Shown: one piece after another, positions 9,676 through 19,587 of the stretch
Layout of the letters: each line of letters opens with the position of its first letter
Position numbering within the stretch: position 1 is the stretch's first letter
Source: an uncultured Candidatus Saccharibacteria bacterium
GTDB lineage: Bacteria > Patescibacteriota > Minisyncoccia > Phycocordibacterales > UBA918
Assembly: GCA_964469295.1 (NCBI GenBank)
Contig: CAYXYJ010000004.1
Coordinates: forward strand, 17,557-81,556
DNA length: 64,000 nt
Direction: 5' to 3'
Program-made: the position numbers and the translations under genes
Notes under the pieces: generated by a model
The model's database searches: none
What the model saw: the letters and a program-made list of their open reading frames with translations, nothing else
What the model was told of the DNA's origin: nothing

Positions 9676-10998
9676 CTATTGGGGATTTGTACTTGTCGCC
9701 ACAGGAGCAACGTAGGTACCAGCAATAATAGCCAACGCCGCATCAAGCTGTGGATCACGGTTTGCTTCGCGATCTTCAATGGTTCGTTCCACAACGATAT
9801 CGGGTTTTAAGCCACCATTGGAAATCGAAATACCATTTGGAGTAAGCCAACGAGCAATCGTGATTTTGACCGATGATCCATCATCAAGATCAACTAATTC
9901 TTGTACTGAACCCTTACCAAATGAAGCACTTCCAACTAACGTCGCATATTCTTGTTCCTGTAACGCACCAGCAAGAATTTCCGAGGCGGACGCCGATCCG
10001 CCATCAATCAAAACAATCATGTCTTTGGGAGCAAATTCTTTCAGGGTGTGACCTTGGCTGCGATAGATTTCTTCTTCACGACCATCACCGAATTGTTCAC
10101 GAAGTACAACTTTTCCGCTTGGTAAGAAATAACTCGCAATAGCAACCGCACTTTGCAAATAGCCACCCGGGTTGCCACGCAAATCAAGGATCATTGTGTC
10201 AGCGCCACTCGCCACATATTCGCGTAGTGCCTGTTGCATTTTGGCTTCAGCCAAGGCATTGAAACTATACAGCGTAATAATAAAGGTATCACCTCGTTTT
10301 TCTGTTTTTACGGTTGGTACTTCGATTTGAGCGCGAGTAATCGTAACATCAAACGGTTCTGGTTGTCCGACTCGGGCAATACTTAATGTTACTGTCGTAT
10401 TTTCTGGTCCTCGGATGAGACGCACCGCTTCATCTACTGAAATATGTTCGGTACTCGTGCCGTCAATCGCCAACAAATAATCCCCGGCCAGTATCCCCGC
10501 TTTTTCGGCTGGTGTACCCACAAGTGGTGCAATCACGGTAATCACGTTATTGCGCATACCAACCTCCATTCCCACGCCGCTAAAGTTACCCGAAATTTCA
10601 TCGTTAAATTGTTCGGCTTCTTTTGGGGGAAAGTAAGCAGTATAAGGATCACCATATACGTCAACCAAACCATTAATCGCACCACGAATTTTTTCTTCGG
10701 TTGATAGTGGAGTGGTGCCACTGGCTTGGGCAAATTTTTCTTCAAGGAGTTGCCACACATTCCAAAACTCGGTTAAGTCAGCATCAGCGGGCGGTTGCGC
10801 ATCACCGGCTAATAAGCGTGACAAGCGAAATGATTGGCTGTAACTTTCTTTAAACGAACCAACTTGTAATCCCGAAAAGAAAGCTCCCACGGCAATCACC
10901 GACACCAATATAATCCCCATCAATACGGTAAAATATGTGGGTTTTCTTTGTGTATGAGTTGGTTGGTGACCGGAACTTGCTGTGGTATCGTTATGCAT
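9676..10998 (-). CDS. ctpA: carboxyl-terminal processing protease (S41 family)
   Basis: PDZ region followed by the S41 catalytic block DLRGNPGGYLQSAVAIASYFL...GSASASEILAGAL; N-terminal TM helix. Confidence 0.8.
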   Translation of the reverse strand: MHNDTTASSGHQPTHTQRKPTYFTVLMGIILVSVIAVGAFFSGLQVGSFKESYSQSFRLSRLLAGDAQPPADADLTEFWNVWQLLEEKFAQASGTTPLSTEEKIRGAINGLVDVYGDPYTAYFPPKEAEQFNDEISGNFSGVGMEVGMRNNVITVIAPLVGTPAEKAGILAGDYLLAIDGTSTEHISVDEAVRLIRGPENTTVTLSIARVGQPEPFDVTITRAQIEVPTVKTEKRGDTFIITLYSFNALAEAKMQQALREYVASGADTMILDLRGNPGGYLQSAVAIASYFLPSGKVVLREQFGDGREEEIYRSQGHTLKEFAPKDMIVLIDGGSASASEILAGALQEQEYATLVGSASFGKGSVQELVDLDDGSSVKITIARWLTPNGISISNGGLKPDIVVERTIEDREANRDPQLDAALAIIAGTYVAPVATSTNPQ

Positions 10999-11185
10999 AT
11001 GGTACTAGTATCGCATAGTCGTCATTGTTTTCAAATGAGATACTGTGGCTCTGATTATCGGTGTTTCTCTAGCCTGAAATCTCCCTTACACATCTGTCTG
11101 TTTTCTTCTCTCTAAACTTTACCCAACTCCCAAAGACCAGCGTTACACCAACGTCATCAATCCTATCACTAGCCTTTCCATTCAT

Positions 11186-12646
11186 ATGTTTGCCCGCTTC
11201 AAAACACCAGCATCAATCGCTTCACATCCGCCGTTAACCCTTTTTTCCACCGAAACGAGAGAGTTGGCTTATTTTATTCCGCGTGTACCGGGCGAAGTAA
11301 CCATGTATTCGTGCGGTCCAACGGTATACGATTATGTCCACATCGGCAATCTGCGGGCATACGTGTTTGTAGACATTTTACAAAAGACACTTGCATACAA
11401 CGGCTACAAAGTAAAAAACACTATCAATTTAACTGACTTTGGTCATCTTACCAGTGACGGGGATGCCGGCGAAGACAAAATGATGAAGGGCTTACGCCGT
11501 GAAGGTAAACCCATCACTCTCACGGCCATGCGTGAGTTATCGGATTTTTATATCACCGCCTTTAAAAATGACATCGCCCAGTTACGCATCAAATCCCCCA
11601 CCACCTTTTCTCGAGCCAGTGATTACATTGAAGAACAAATTGCTTTGGTAAAAACATTAGACGAAAAGGGCTACACCTATGAAACGAGTGACGGTGTGTA
11701 TTTTGATATTGCCAAATTCCCTGCCTACGGCCGGCTTGGTCACATCAATGTTGAAGAGCTCCGTGCTGGTGCTCGCGTCGAAGAAAATACTGAAAAGCAT
11801 CACCCGGCTGATTTTGCGGTTTGGAAAAAAGGTTTACTCGGTTGGGATAGTCGTTGGGGTAAAGGGTTCCCCGGTTGGCATATTGAATGTTCAGCTATGG
11901 CAATGGCCACGTTGGGTAAGGAAATCGATATTCACACTGGTGGTATTGATCATATTCATACACATCACAACGCCGAAATTGCCCAAAGTGAAGCGGCCAC
12001 GGGTAAACAATATGTCCGCTATTGGATGCATAATGAGTTTATTACTATTGACCACGGCAAAATCGGTAAATCGTTAGGCAATGCCATCACGTTAAAACAA
12101 ATTATCGACAGCGGATTTTCGCCTGATGATTTTCGGTATTGGCTGTTAACGGCACACTACCGATCACCGTTGAATTTTAGTTTTGAAGCGTTAAAGGCGG
12201 CCAGACAAGCGTTATTTCGTCTCAAACGATATGTCTATGAAGAATACAAAAATGCATCGACAACCCCCGATCAGCATTACATTGCAGAGTTCCATACCTA
12301 TATCAATAATGATTTGGATACACCGAAAGCCATCGCCCTGTTATTTGATATCACTAAAGACACGACACTCGATGCGGGAGTAAAGTGTGCTACTATCCAA
12401 CATATTGATTCCGTTCTGGATATTGGATTGCATGATGCCATTGATACGGGGTTAGCTTCTCTTGGTGTCGTCTCCGCCAATACACTCCCCGATGAGATTG
12501 AAACATTAGTGACCGCAAGGCAAACTGCTCGCCATAATAAACAATGGGACGAGGCCGATCGTTTGCGCACTAAACTTAATCTGGCAGGATATATCATCGA
12601 AGATACGCCCCAAGGACAAAAGGTGTCAAAAGCCAATTCCAATTAG
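11186..12646 (+). CDS. cysS: cysteine--tRNA ligase
   Basis: HIGH region (CGPTVYDYVHIGNLRAY), zinc-site Cys, KMSKS equivalent KIGKS; the true start may be about 15 codons downstream of the ORF-track Met. Confidence 0.9.
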   Translation: MFARFKTPASIASHPPLTLFSTETRELAYFIPRVPGEVTMYSCGPTVYDYVHIGNLRAYVFVDILQKTLAYNGYKVKNTINLTDFGHLTSDGDAGEDKMMKGLRREGKPITLTAMRELSDFYITAFKNDIAQLRIKSPTTFSRASDYIEEQIALVKTLDEKGYTYETSDGVYFDIAKFPAYGRLGHINVEELRAGARVEENTEKHHPADFAVWKKGLLGWDSRWGKGFPGWHIECSAMAMATLGKEIDIHTGGIDHIHTHHNAEIAQSEAATGKQYVRYWMHNEFITIDHGKIGKSLGNAITLKQIIDSGFSPDDFRYWLLTAHYRSPLNFSFEALKAARQALFRLKRYVYEEYKNASTTPDQHYIAEFHTYINNDLDTPKAIALLFDITKDTTLDAGVKCATIQHIDSVLDIGLHDAIDTGLASLGVVSANTLPDEIETLVTARQTARHNKQWDEADRLRTKLNLAGYIIEDTPQGQKVSKANSN

Positions 12647-12670
12647 AGAGTAAGTATGGCCACGCGCGAT

Positions 12671-12704
12671 AAAGCGACGAAACGTTAAAACGTTTCGTCG
12701 CTTT
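12671..12704. terminator. rho-independent terminator after cysS
   Basis: perfect hairpin AAAGCGACGAAACGTT-AA-AACGTTTCGTCGCTTT. Confidence 0.65.
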
Positions 12705-12945
12705 CGGTGACGATGGTCTTATTGGTCAATCGTCATCAACCATTTCGTCGCTTTGTTCGAAAAAGCCAGACAAGACCCACTGGCCAAACAAATACAGGAC
12801 GATGCCACCGCCAGATATCCAGAAAAACATCCACGACATCATGATTTCCTCCTCTTTCTTTTAAAACTATACCCAGTCCCCACACTTTCCACAAGTACGA
12901 GATTGGTAGTCTGCATATGCAGACTACGGTATACTACACGCACAT

Positions 12946-14346
12946 ATGGCCGATCAATACCCTCCCACCAACCGAAACCTTCGTGTCGCCCCACACAATA
13001 TTGATGCTGAACGGGCGCTCCTTGGAGCGATTTTATTAAAGCCCGATGTTATGCACGACGTTTCAGTCACGATTTTCCCGGAAAGCTATTACGCGGATAA
13101 ACACCGAACAATTTACGATGCGATTTACCAAATTTTTCTCAAGGGTGATCCGATTGATATCGTTTCCGTGACGAATAAATTAACGACTATGAATGCGCTT
13201 GATCGCATTGGCGGAGCAGCGTACATAGCCGAATTAATTGAAACAGTACCCGCAGCTGGAAACGCCCAATATTACGCCGATTTGATTCAAGCCAAGTCCA
13301 CGTTGCGCGGACTCATTCACGCCGCTGACGATATTGCAGAAATGGCTTACCAGAATCCCGAAAACACCGAAGAAGCCGTTGATCGTGCCGAAAAAACTAT
13401 TTATCAAGTCACGAACGCCCCCACGACACAAAAGTTCGAGCAAATCGGCCGACCGTTGAAAGACGCTTGGGATAAGTTTGAATACCTCAGTGCTAATCGT
13501 GATGAAAAACGTGGTGTGCCAAGTGGATTTACGGCCGTTGATAATTTACTCGGCGGTTTTCAAAATTCTGATTTGGTTATTTTGGCAGCCCGTCCAGGTA
13601 TGGGTAAAACGACTTTTGCGCTTGATATCGCTCGTAATGCAGCACTGCTTCATAACGCATCGGTGGGCATCTTTTCTCTCGAAATGAGTTCGCAACAATT
13701 AGTTGAACGAATGTTGGCGTCAGAATCAGGTGTCGACTCTTGGAATCTGCGTAATGGACGATTAAAAAGTGACGATGAATACCGATCATTGCAAGAAGCG
13801 ATGGCTAAATTGGACGCTGCGCCGATTTATATTGTTGATGAGCCCGCCTTAAATATTGTGAAAATGCGTTCGGCAGCGAGACGCTTAAAAAATGAATTTG
13901 GCTTGCACATGATTATCGTTGATTATTTACAACTCATGTCTCCTACCGCCACCAAAGCCAGTGATTCAATGGTGCAACAAGTCACCGAGATTTCCCGATC
14001 CCTTAAAATTCTCGCTCGTGAATTGCAAGTACCAGTGGTAGCGTTATCACAATTATCACGAGCAGTAGAACAACGTGGCGGTAAACCGCGACTATCGGAT
14101 CTTCGTGACTCTGGATCAATTGAACAAGACGCAGACGTCGTTATGTTCATTCACCGTGAAGATAAAATGAATAAAGATCAACCATCAGAACGACCAAACG
14201 TGGCAGAAATCCTCGTGGAAAAACACCGCCATGGCGCTGTCGGCCAAGCCGAATTGTATTTTGATGGTAAGCACGTTCGTTTTCTTAATCTCGATACTCA
14301 TCACACTGCCGGTCCATATATCAATGCGAGCAACGATGATTTTTAA
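12946..14346 (+). CDS. dnaB: replicative DNA helicase
   Basis: N-terminal PHNIDAERALLGAILL, Walker A ARPGMGKT, and an SQLSR-containing motif H (IG.SLEMS..QL) block. Confidence 0.9.
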   Translation: MADQYPPTNRNLRVAPHNIDAERALLGAILLKPDVMHDVSVTIFPESYYADKHRTIYDAIYQIFLKGDPIDIVSVTNKLTTMNALDRIGGAAYIAELIETVPAAGNAQYYADLIQAKSTLRGLIHAADDIAEMAYQNPENTEEAVDRAEKTIYQVTNAPTTQKFEQIGRPLKDAWDKFEYLSANRDEKRGVPSGFTAVDNLLGGFQNSDLVILAARPGMGKTTFALDIARNAALLHNASVGIFSLEMSSQQLVERMLASESGVDSWNLRNGRLKSDDEYRSLQEAMAKLDAAPIYIVDEPALNIVKMRSAARRLKNEFGLHMIIVDYLQLMSPTATKASDSMVQQVTEISRSLKILARELQVPVVALSQLSRAVEQRGGKPRLSDLRDSGSIEQDADVVMFIHREDKMNKDQPSERPNVAEILVEKHRHGAVGQAELYFDGKHVRFLNLDTHHTAGPYINASNDDF

Positions 14347-14387
14347 TAGTCGTTTGATTTTGTACGATCATGTTACAATAGCAACTT

Positions 14388-15008
14388 ATGACGAATATCG
14401 ATAAACTCACTGCGTATTTTGAGCAATTTCCGGGCGTGGGCGGTCGTCAAGCCAAACGGTTTGTGTATCATGTTCTCACTCTCGACAAAGGAGCTATTCA
14501 TGAGCTGTCATCGTTAATTGCCACCTTAGAACAAACAGTGACAAAATGTGCGTCCTGTCATCGTTTTTTTTCTTCATCACATACCACCACGGTTACGGTA
14601 TGTGCGATTTGTAATGACAGTCACCGCGACCAAAAAAAATTATTAGTGGTAGCGAGCGATAACGACATCATCGCTATTGAACGGAGCGGTTTGTATGATG
14701 GACTGTACTTTGTCCTTGGCGGGACCGTTCCCCTTCTCCATAGCGAAGACCAAAAAAAGTTACGTGGCGGAGCGTTGAAGGCCACTATCGAAGCCCGACT
14801 AAAAACCGGTTTATCCGAAATTATTTTGGCGTTTGCGGTTAATCCTGATGGTGAAAACACGGCCCGGTTTGTGGAATCAATTATTGCCAGCATTGACACC
14901 ATAACGCCGCCCCAGGTATCCCAATTAGGCCGCGGTCTTTCAACCGGTAGTGAACTTGAATACGCTGACCCGGATACCATCAAAAGTGCATTACAGAATC
15001 GTTCTTGA
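14388..15008 (+). CDS. recR: recombination protein RecR
   Basis: FPGVG HhH motif, C4 zinc finger (CASCHRF...CAICND), Toprim region. Confidence 0.9.
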   Translation: MTNIDKLTAYFEQFPGVGGRQAKRFVYHVLTLDKGAIHELSSLIATLEQTVTKCASCHRFFSSSHTTTVTVCAICNDSHRDQKKLLVVASDNDIIAIERSGLYDGLYFVLGGTVPLLHSEDQKKLRGGALKATIEARLKTGLSEIILAFAVNPDGENTARFVESIIASIDTITPPQVSQLGRGLSTGSELEYADPDTIKSALQNRS

Positions 15009-15047
15009 TTTTATTTGATTAGTGTTATATAATTTTATTGTTCACTA

Positions 15048-15284
15048 GTGGAGGACATCAGAGTGACTAATTTTGTGGTGACGTTCACACATGAGCGGAC
15101 GGGCGAAACTCGCACGTTTGAATTTTCGCTCAGTGAATACGTGCGCGCCAGCCAGTGGCTGGAACACCCCATCACAGGCATCGACGCGGCGTTTTGGCTG
15201 AATGAGAGCAATCTCAACCGCCAAACCGCCTTCTCGGCGGTCTTGGTCTGGAGAAACGAGCTAAAACAGAAAGGCGCCCCCTAG
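15048..15284 (+). CDS. small GC-rich hypothetical protein (ORFan); likely start GTG at 15062 behind a GGAGGA RBS
   Basis: ORF with local GC well above its flanks; SD GGAGGA 7 nt before GTG; followed by a GC-rich terminator. Confidence 0.35.
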   Translation: MEDIRVTNFVVTFTHERTGETRTFEFSLSEYVRASQWLEHPITGIDAAFWLNESNLNRQTAFSAVLVWRNELKQKGAP

Positions 15285-15293
15285 GGCGCCTTT
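15270..15293. terminator. rho-independent terminator (AAAGGCGCCC-CCTAG-GGCGCCTTT)
   Basis: perfect hairpin seen directly in sequence. Confidence 0.6.
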
Positions 15294-15303
15294 ACTCTTT
15301 GAC

Positions 15304-15636
15304 TTAAATTGTTTCGATCTTGATCTTGGCGTAGTGTTGGCGGTGGCCGATCTTGCGATCACGGTTACTCTTGGCCTTAAAACGAATGATGGAAAGCTTG
15401 GGACCTTTCGTTTCACCAAGATACGTCGCGGTAACATTGGTACCAGTGTGTGGAGTACCCACTTTTGCCTTGACTCCATCATCAGTTAATAACACCGTAT
15501 CAAAGGTAATTTTGTCGCCTTCTTTATGGTCGCCAAGAAGCTCGACTTCGAGTGTATCACCAACGGATACGACGTATTGCTTGCCACCAGTCATAATGAC
15601 GGCGAACGCATCGGATTTTGTTGTAGTTGTTGCCAT
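15304..15636 (-). CDS. rplU: 50S ribosomal protein L21
   Basis: FAVIMTGGKQYVVSVGDTLEVE matches the L21 N-terminus. Confidence 0.85.
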   Translation of the reverse strand: MATTTTKSDAFAVIMTGGKQYVVSVGDTLEVELLGDHKEGDKITFDTVLLTDDGVKAKVGTPHTGTNVTATYLGETKGPKLSIIRFKAKSNRDRKIGHRQHYAKIKIETI

Positions 15637-15747
15637 AGTGGTCGCTATTGTACTAGAAAGTTAAAAAATTGCAATATGTCTGTCAGTATCATGTTCCTGA
15701 CAAGGAATTTGACAAAATTAATTAATATTGTGCAAATCTATCCCAGA

Positions 15748-16860
15748 TTATTCGGTATCGCGGATAGGTTTATCGAGTTCAAGTACTTCGACCCCAGCGG
15801 CTTCACCGGTAATTTTTAAGATATCTTTGTCTACCTTATTTAATTCTTTATAGCCAGCGTTGTAATGATTCACCGTCGTCGACAAGGTCGTTCCTAATTT
15901 ATTGTAATACTCTTCGTATTTTACAATGTGACCACGCAATTTTTCTACGTTTTTAATGATTGACTCGGCCTTTTCTTCGATTTCCAGCGCTTTTAATCCT
16001 TGTAGTACCGTTTGTAAGTAAGCCAAAAATGACGTCGGCGAAACGATAATTACTTTGTACTTCCCGGCGGCTCGTTGAATGAGATTTTCTTCACCAGCAC
16101 CCACGCGATTGGAAAGCAAATCATAATAAATACCCTCGTGTGGAATAAACATAAACGCAAAATCCATTGTATTTTCGTTTGGGCGAATATATTTGGCCGT
16201 TTCGGTAATGCGCAACTTTAAATCATTTACAAACGCTTTTTCAAAATTCACTTTGTCCGCACCATCAGCCGCTTCGGCAAACCGATTGTAATTATCGAGG
16301 GAGAATTTGGAATCAACTGGAATCACCTTCCCTTTTACAAACACCGCAGCGTCGACAATTTCTCCATCAGTAAACGCGTATTGCATGGTGAAACTTTCTG
16401 GTGGAAGCACATTTTGCAATACCGTTTCCAAATAATACTCACCGAGTATTCCGCGTTGCTTAGGATTTTTCAAAATACTCTGTAATTCTTTGAGTTGATC
16501 AGCTACCTGAAACACTTGTTTACTGCTTTCACCGACCGTAGCGACGCTTTTTTCGACATGAAGTAATTTTGCACCGACACTTTCTTGGATGGCGCGAATT
16601 TGTTCGTTCACGTCCCGATTGATTTGTTGCATCAACTCCCGACTCTCACGAAATTGCATCTGACTACCCTCGCGCGATTGTTTCGCTTGCTCGCTCATTT
16701 GGTTTTGTACCGTTCGAGACAATTCCTGCATTTGTTGTTGCATGAGGAGAAGTGATTCTGGCGGTTGAGTCGAAGTTGACGGTCGCAAAAACAAGGCATA
16801 CACCACTAGCCCAATTAAAATTACTAATAACACCGCCACTACTGGTAACAGGATTTCCAT
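15748..16860 (-). CDS. rmuC: DNA recombination protein RmuC
   Basis: N-terminal TM, long coiled-coil, C-terminal RmuC nuclease-like block (GKVIPVDSKF...FMFIPHEGIYY). Confidence 0.75.
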   Translation of the reverse strand: MEILLPVVAVLLVILIGLVVYALFLRPSTSTQPPESLLLMQQQMQELSRTVQNQMSEQAKQSREGSQMQFRESRELMQQINRDVNEQIRAIQESVGAKLLHVEKSVATVGESSKQVFQVADQLKELQSILKNPKQRGILGEYYLETVLQNVLPPESFTMQYAFTDGEIVDAAVFVKGKVIPVDSKFSLDNYNRFAEAADGADKVNFEKAFVNDLKLRITETAKYIRPNENTMDFAFMFIPHEGIYYDLLSNRVGAGEENLIQRAAGKYKVIIVSPTSFLAYLQTVLQGLKALEIEEKAESIIKNVEKLRGHIVKYEEYYNKLGTTLSTTVNHYNAGYKELNKVDKDILKITGEAAGVEVLELDKPIRDTE

Positions 16861-16981
16861 ATTGCGTCCATTCTAACACAACGAGCCTACGCACACCGAA
16901 AAATTGACCAGCAAAAAAATCGGTCTACAATACTGACACGACCGGAATAGCCGGCGAGTTCTCCAATAACAGGGATGGAAA

Positions 16982-17263
16982 ATGGTTACTCGTGCTTGTG
17001 CAAGTTTTGCATTCTGTGACGTGTCACATCGTGTCACTATCACGTTCCCTATCGTGCTCTCGGAACGTGGCAAAGCTATTTATTTGGATTGGTTACAACG
17101 AGAATTTTGGCGGTACACCAAAGTGATTTGTTGGGTAACGGACAACACCGTCCGATTGGTCGCACGTGGCGGCAAAGACTTAGCTGAAAACATGATGTTC
17201 CTGAAGCAATACGCGCGCACCATCGTTGGCCGTATTAACGGGACCCCGCCCCGCGCGTACTAA
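16982..17263 (+). CDS. small hypothetical protein
   Basis: ORF followed at 17287-17315 by a hairpin plus T-run terminator; no recognisable domain; weak RBS. Confidence 0.25.
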   Translation: MVTRACASFAFCDVSHRVTITFPIVLSERGKAIYLDWLQREFWRYTKVICWVTDNTVRLVARGGKDLAENMMFLKQYARTIVGRINGTPPRAY

Positions 17264-17286
17264 GGTACCAATAGGTGCCTTACCTG

Positions 17287-17315
17287 GATCCGGCACCTGC
17301 CGGATCTTTTCTTTT
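17287..17315 (+). terminator. rho-independent terminator (GATCCGGC-ACCT-GCCGGATC + TTTTCTTTT)
   Basis: seen directly in sequence. Confidence 0.6.
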
Positions 17316-17357
17316 GTGGTATGCTAATGTGGTGTTATTGTTAAGTAAAATACTTCT

Positions 17358-17810
17358 ATGTCCCTCCACGAATCCCTCCGTGAATCACTAAAAGACGCCA
17401 TGAAAGCGAAAGACGCCGTTACACTTCGCACTGTTCGCAGTATTATGACCGCTGTCACCAATGAATTAGTCGCTACTGGGAAAACGCCACAAAGCGCACT
17501 TGATGATGCTGGAGTATTGACGGTTATTAAACGCCTCGCCAAACAACGAAAGGAATCAATCATCCAATATGAGGCGGCGGGACGAACTGATTTATCTGAA
17601 CCAGAAAAAGAAGAGTTAACGGTGCTCGAAGCGTATCTCCCCACGCTCATGAGCCAAGACGCTATTCGTCCATTGGCTGAGGCTAAAAAAGCAGAGCTTG
17701 GTATTACTGACAAAAGTAAAATGGGAATGCTCGTTGGTGCGCTGATGAAAGATTTGAATGGACAAGCTGATGGCGCTGACGTTAAAGTAATTGTCGAAAG
17801 TTTATTTTAA
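17358..17810 (+). CDS. yqeY: GatB/YqeY domain protein
   Basis: LKDAMKAKD...TLRTVRS..T N-terminal signature and overall approx 150-aa helical YqeY pattern. Confidence 0.75.
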   Translation: MSLHESLRESLKDAMKAKDAVTLRTVRSIMTAVTNELVATGKTPQSALDDAGVLTVIKRLAKQRKESIIQYEAAGRTDLSEPEKEELTVLEAYLPTLMSQDAIRPLAEAKKAELGITDKSKMGMLVGALMKDLNGQADGADVKVIVESLF

Positions 17811-17819
17811 ATTATTCGC

Positions 17820-18140
17820 ATGCGATTTGAAGGTCAGCCAAAACCTCATACCCCAACCGAAATATTGGCGGCACTTGATCGTGGTGACATCATATCAGGA
17901 AAGCGACTGTACGATGTGACTTTAGAAGCACCGTACGGAAATATTATCGCGCGGGTTAACGAAACTGAAAAAACTATTACCTATACACATAATGGTGTGT
18001 CGATTGAGGCTCATTTTGATGATGAAAACATCACTCATTTTGAAGTAACTGACTCCATTACTGCACGGTCTATTTCAACCCCCATTATTAGACAGCAACA
18101 CCAGGCAATTCTGAATGAGTGGCATAATGCTAGACAATAA
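17820..18140 (+). CDS. hypothetical protein
   Basis: ORF only; no motif recognised. Confidence 0.3.
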   Translation: MRFEGQPKPHTPTEILAALDRGDIISGKRLYDVTLEAPYGNIIARVNETEKTITYTHNGVSIEAHFDDENITHFEVTDSITARSISTPIIRQQHQAILNEWHNARQ

Positions 18141-18188
18141 CTACTTTTGTTGTATAGTAAATAAGGAGCCCCAGTAACGGAGGAAGAA

Positions 18189-18497
18189 ATGTCACCAAAA
18201 TACGTTGGTTCGTTTCACTCCATTCGTGACGACGGCTTTTGCTGTCGCGTTCATGTATGGGTGATGAACGACGCCATGATGGGTGGTGTGGAATCAATCT
18301 ATGTCGGTAATTCATTGATTTTGCCGGCGGCGGACGGACCACTCTTCGGTCGGAACTGTGATACCCGTCTGCGCAAAGAGGCGTGGCGGTTTGCCGAATT
18401 GGCCAGTCAAGACATGATTATTGATGATGGCGATGATGCTGTCATTGAATCTTATCCTGATCACGTCGTTTCGAAGGATGTTCGACATGGACATTGA
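18189..18497 (+). CDS. hypothetical protein (first gene of an overlapping pair)
   Basis: ORF; its stop overlaps the ATG of the next ORF at 18487 by 11 nt. Confidence 0.3.
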   Translation: MSPKYVGSFHSIRDDGFCCRVHVWVMNDAMMGGVESIYVGNSLILPAADGPLFGRNCDTRLRKEAWRFAELASQDMIIDDGDDAVIESYPDHVVSKDVRHGH

Positions 18498-18798
18498 GCT
18501 GAAGAAACGACTCATCTTTCGGGGTTTTGTTCGTTACCTACGGCGTAGTGGCTACGACAGCAAAACTGTAGGAATAAATCTCCGCAGTATTTTTCACAGA
18601 TGGATCGCTCTGCCAACCTGGCGCCACATGTACGACATCGATAGTCTACTCCCGCATGAGTGGGACAGTATCGAGGAAGCTGTCGTTGGTGTGTTGCGTC
18701 AAAGTTGGGAAGCTAAAGGCCAAAAAACTTTACAAGAAAACAAAAAACGGGCGAAAAAGCACGCCAACGAAGCCAAACAATTACGTTTCCAATTCTAA
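18487..18798 (+). CDS. hypothetical basic protein (second gene of the overlapping pair), Lys-rich C-terminus
   Basis: ATG at 18487 inside ATGGACATTGA, overlapping the upstream stop; followed by terminator hairpin at 18822-18854. Confidence 0.3.
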   Translation: MDIELKKRLIFRGFVRYLRRSGYDSKTVGINLRSIFHRWIALPTWRHMYDIDSLLPHEWDSIEEAVVGVLRQSWEAKGQKTLQENKKRAKKHANEAKQLRFQF

Positions 18799-18821
18799 TT
18801 TCAATATGTGCGGGTATGTGC

Positions 18822-18854
18822 GGGGTCGAGTTGTGTAAACACAACTCGACCCCA
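18822..18854. terminator. bidirectional rho-independent terminator (GGGGTCGAGTTGTGT-AAAC-ACAACTCGACCCC)
   Basis: perfect 15-bp stem seen in sequence. Confidence 0.65.
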
Positions 18855-18864
18855 TTTGTATTTC

Positions 18865-19566
18865 CTAAAACAATTCCATGTTGTACTCCTTTGCCAAGAC
18901 TTCCAATGTGACGGCCTTATCAATCGAAAAATTTCCAACCTTTGTACGGCGTAAATTATATAATGTCGCGGGATAACCAAGTCTTTGACCAAACGCTTCG
19001 GCGAGCGAGCGAATATAGGTACCGCTACCTACTTGAAATTTAACCGTTACCAGTTGGAACTGTTTGTTATCAATGAAGAGTGCTTGGGACGTCATTAATT
19101 CGGTGGAGTAGACGTGCATGGCGCGCGCGGGCACGGGGAGCGCTTGGTGGCCTTGGCGCGCTGCGGCCCGCGCGCGCTTATACATCGGTACACCATCGAC
19201 TTTGATGGCGCTATAGGCGGAAACCGGCAGAGTGATGTCACCGTGCAGTGTGGCCAGGGTCGCGGAAATTTTTTCGGCCGAAAAAATTTCCGCCATTTCA
19301 CGCTCTGCCAACACCACCCCTTCCATATCCCCCGTACTTCGCTGTTGACCAATCAATATTTCAGCCACGTATTCTTTATCGAGTTTAACCAAAGCCGCAA
19401 GCTGCTTTGTCCACCCGCCAACGCCAACCAGCATAAGTCCTGTCGCCAGCGGATCGAGCGTCCCGGCATGACCAGCCTTTTTTACACTCAAAATCCGTCG
19501 CACGCGGGCAACGACGCCAAACGATGTCATACCGGCAGGCTTATCGATCAACAGAAGCGTTTCCAT
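18865..19566 (-). CDS. truB: tRNA pseudouridine(55) synthase
   Basis: LLIDKPAGMTSFGVVARVRR...GHAGTLDPLATGLMLVGVG catalytic Asp motif. Confidence 0.85.
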   Translation of the reverse strand: METLLLIDKPAGMTSFGVVARVRRILSVKKAGHAGTLDPLATGLMLVGVGGWTKQLAALVKLDKEYVAEILIGQQRSTGDMEGVVLAEREMAEIFSAEKISATLATLHGDITLPVSAYSAIKVDGVPMYKRARAAARQGHQALPVPARAMHVYSTELMTSQALFIDNKQFQLVTVKFQVGSGTYIRSLAEAFGQRLGYPATLYNLRRTKVGNFSIDKAVTLEVLAKEYNMELF

Positions 19567-19587
19567 ATCCGCACCAAACCCATTTCC

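Noticed and set aside
16873-17073. 66-aa minus-strand ORF between rmuC and the small plus-strand ORF
   Set aside because: No RBS or motif. It lies in a promoter region.
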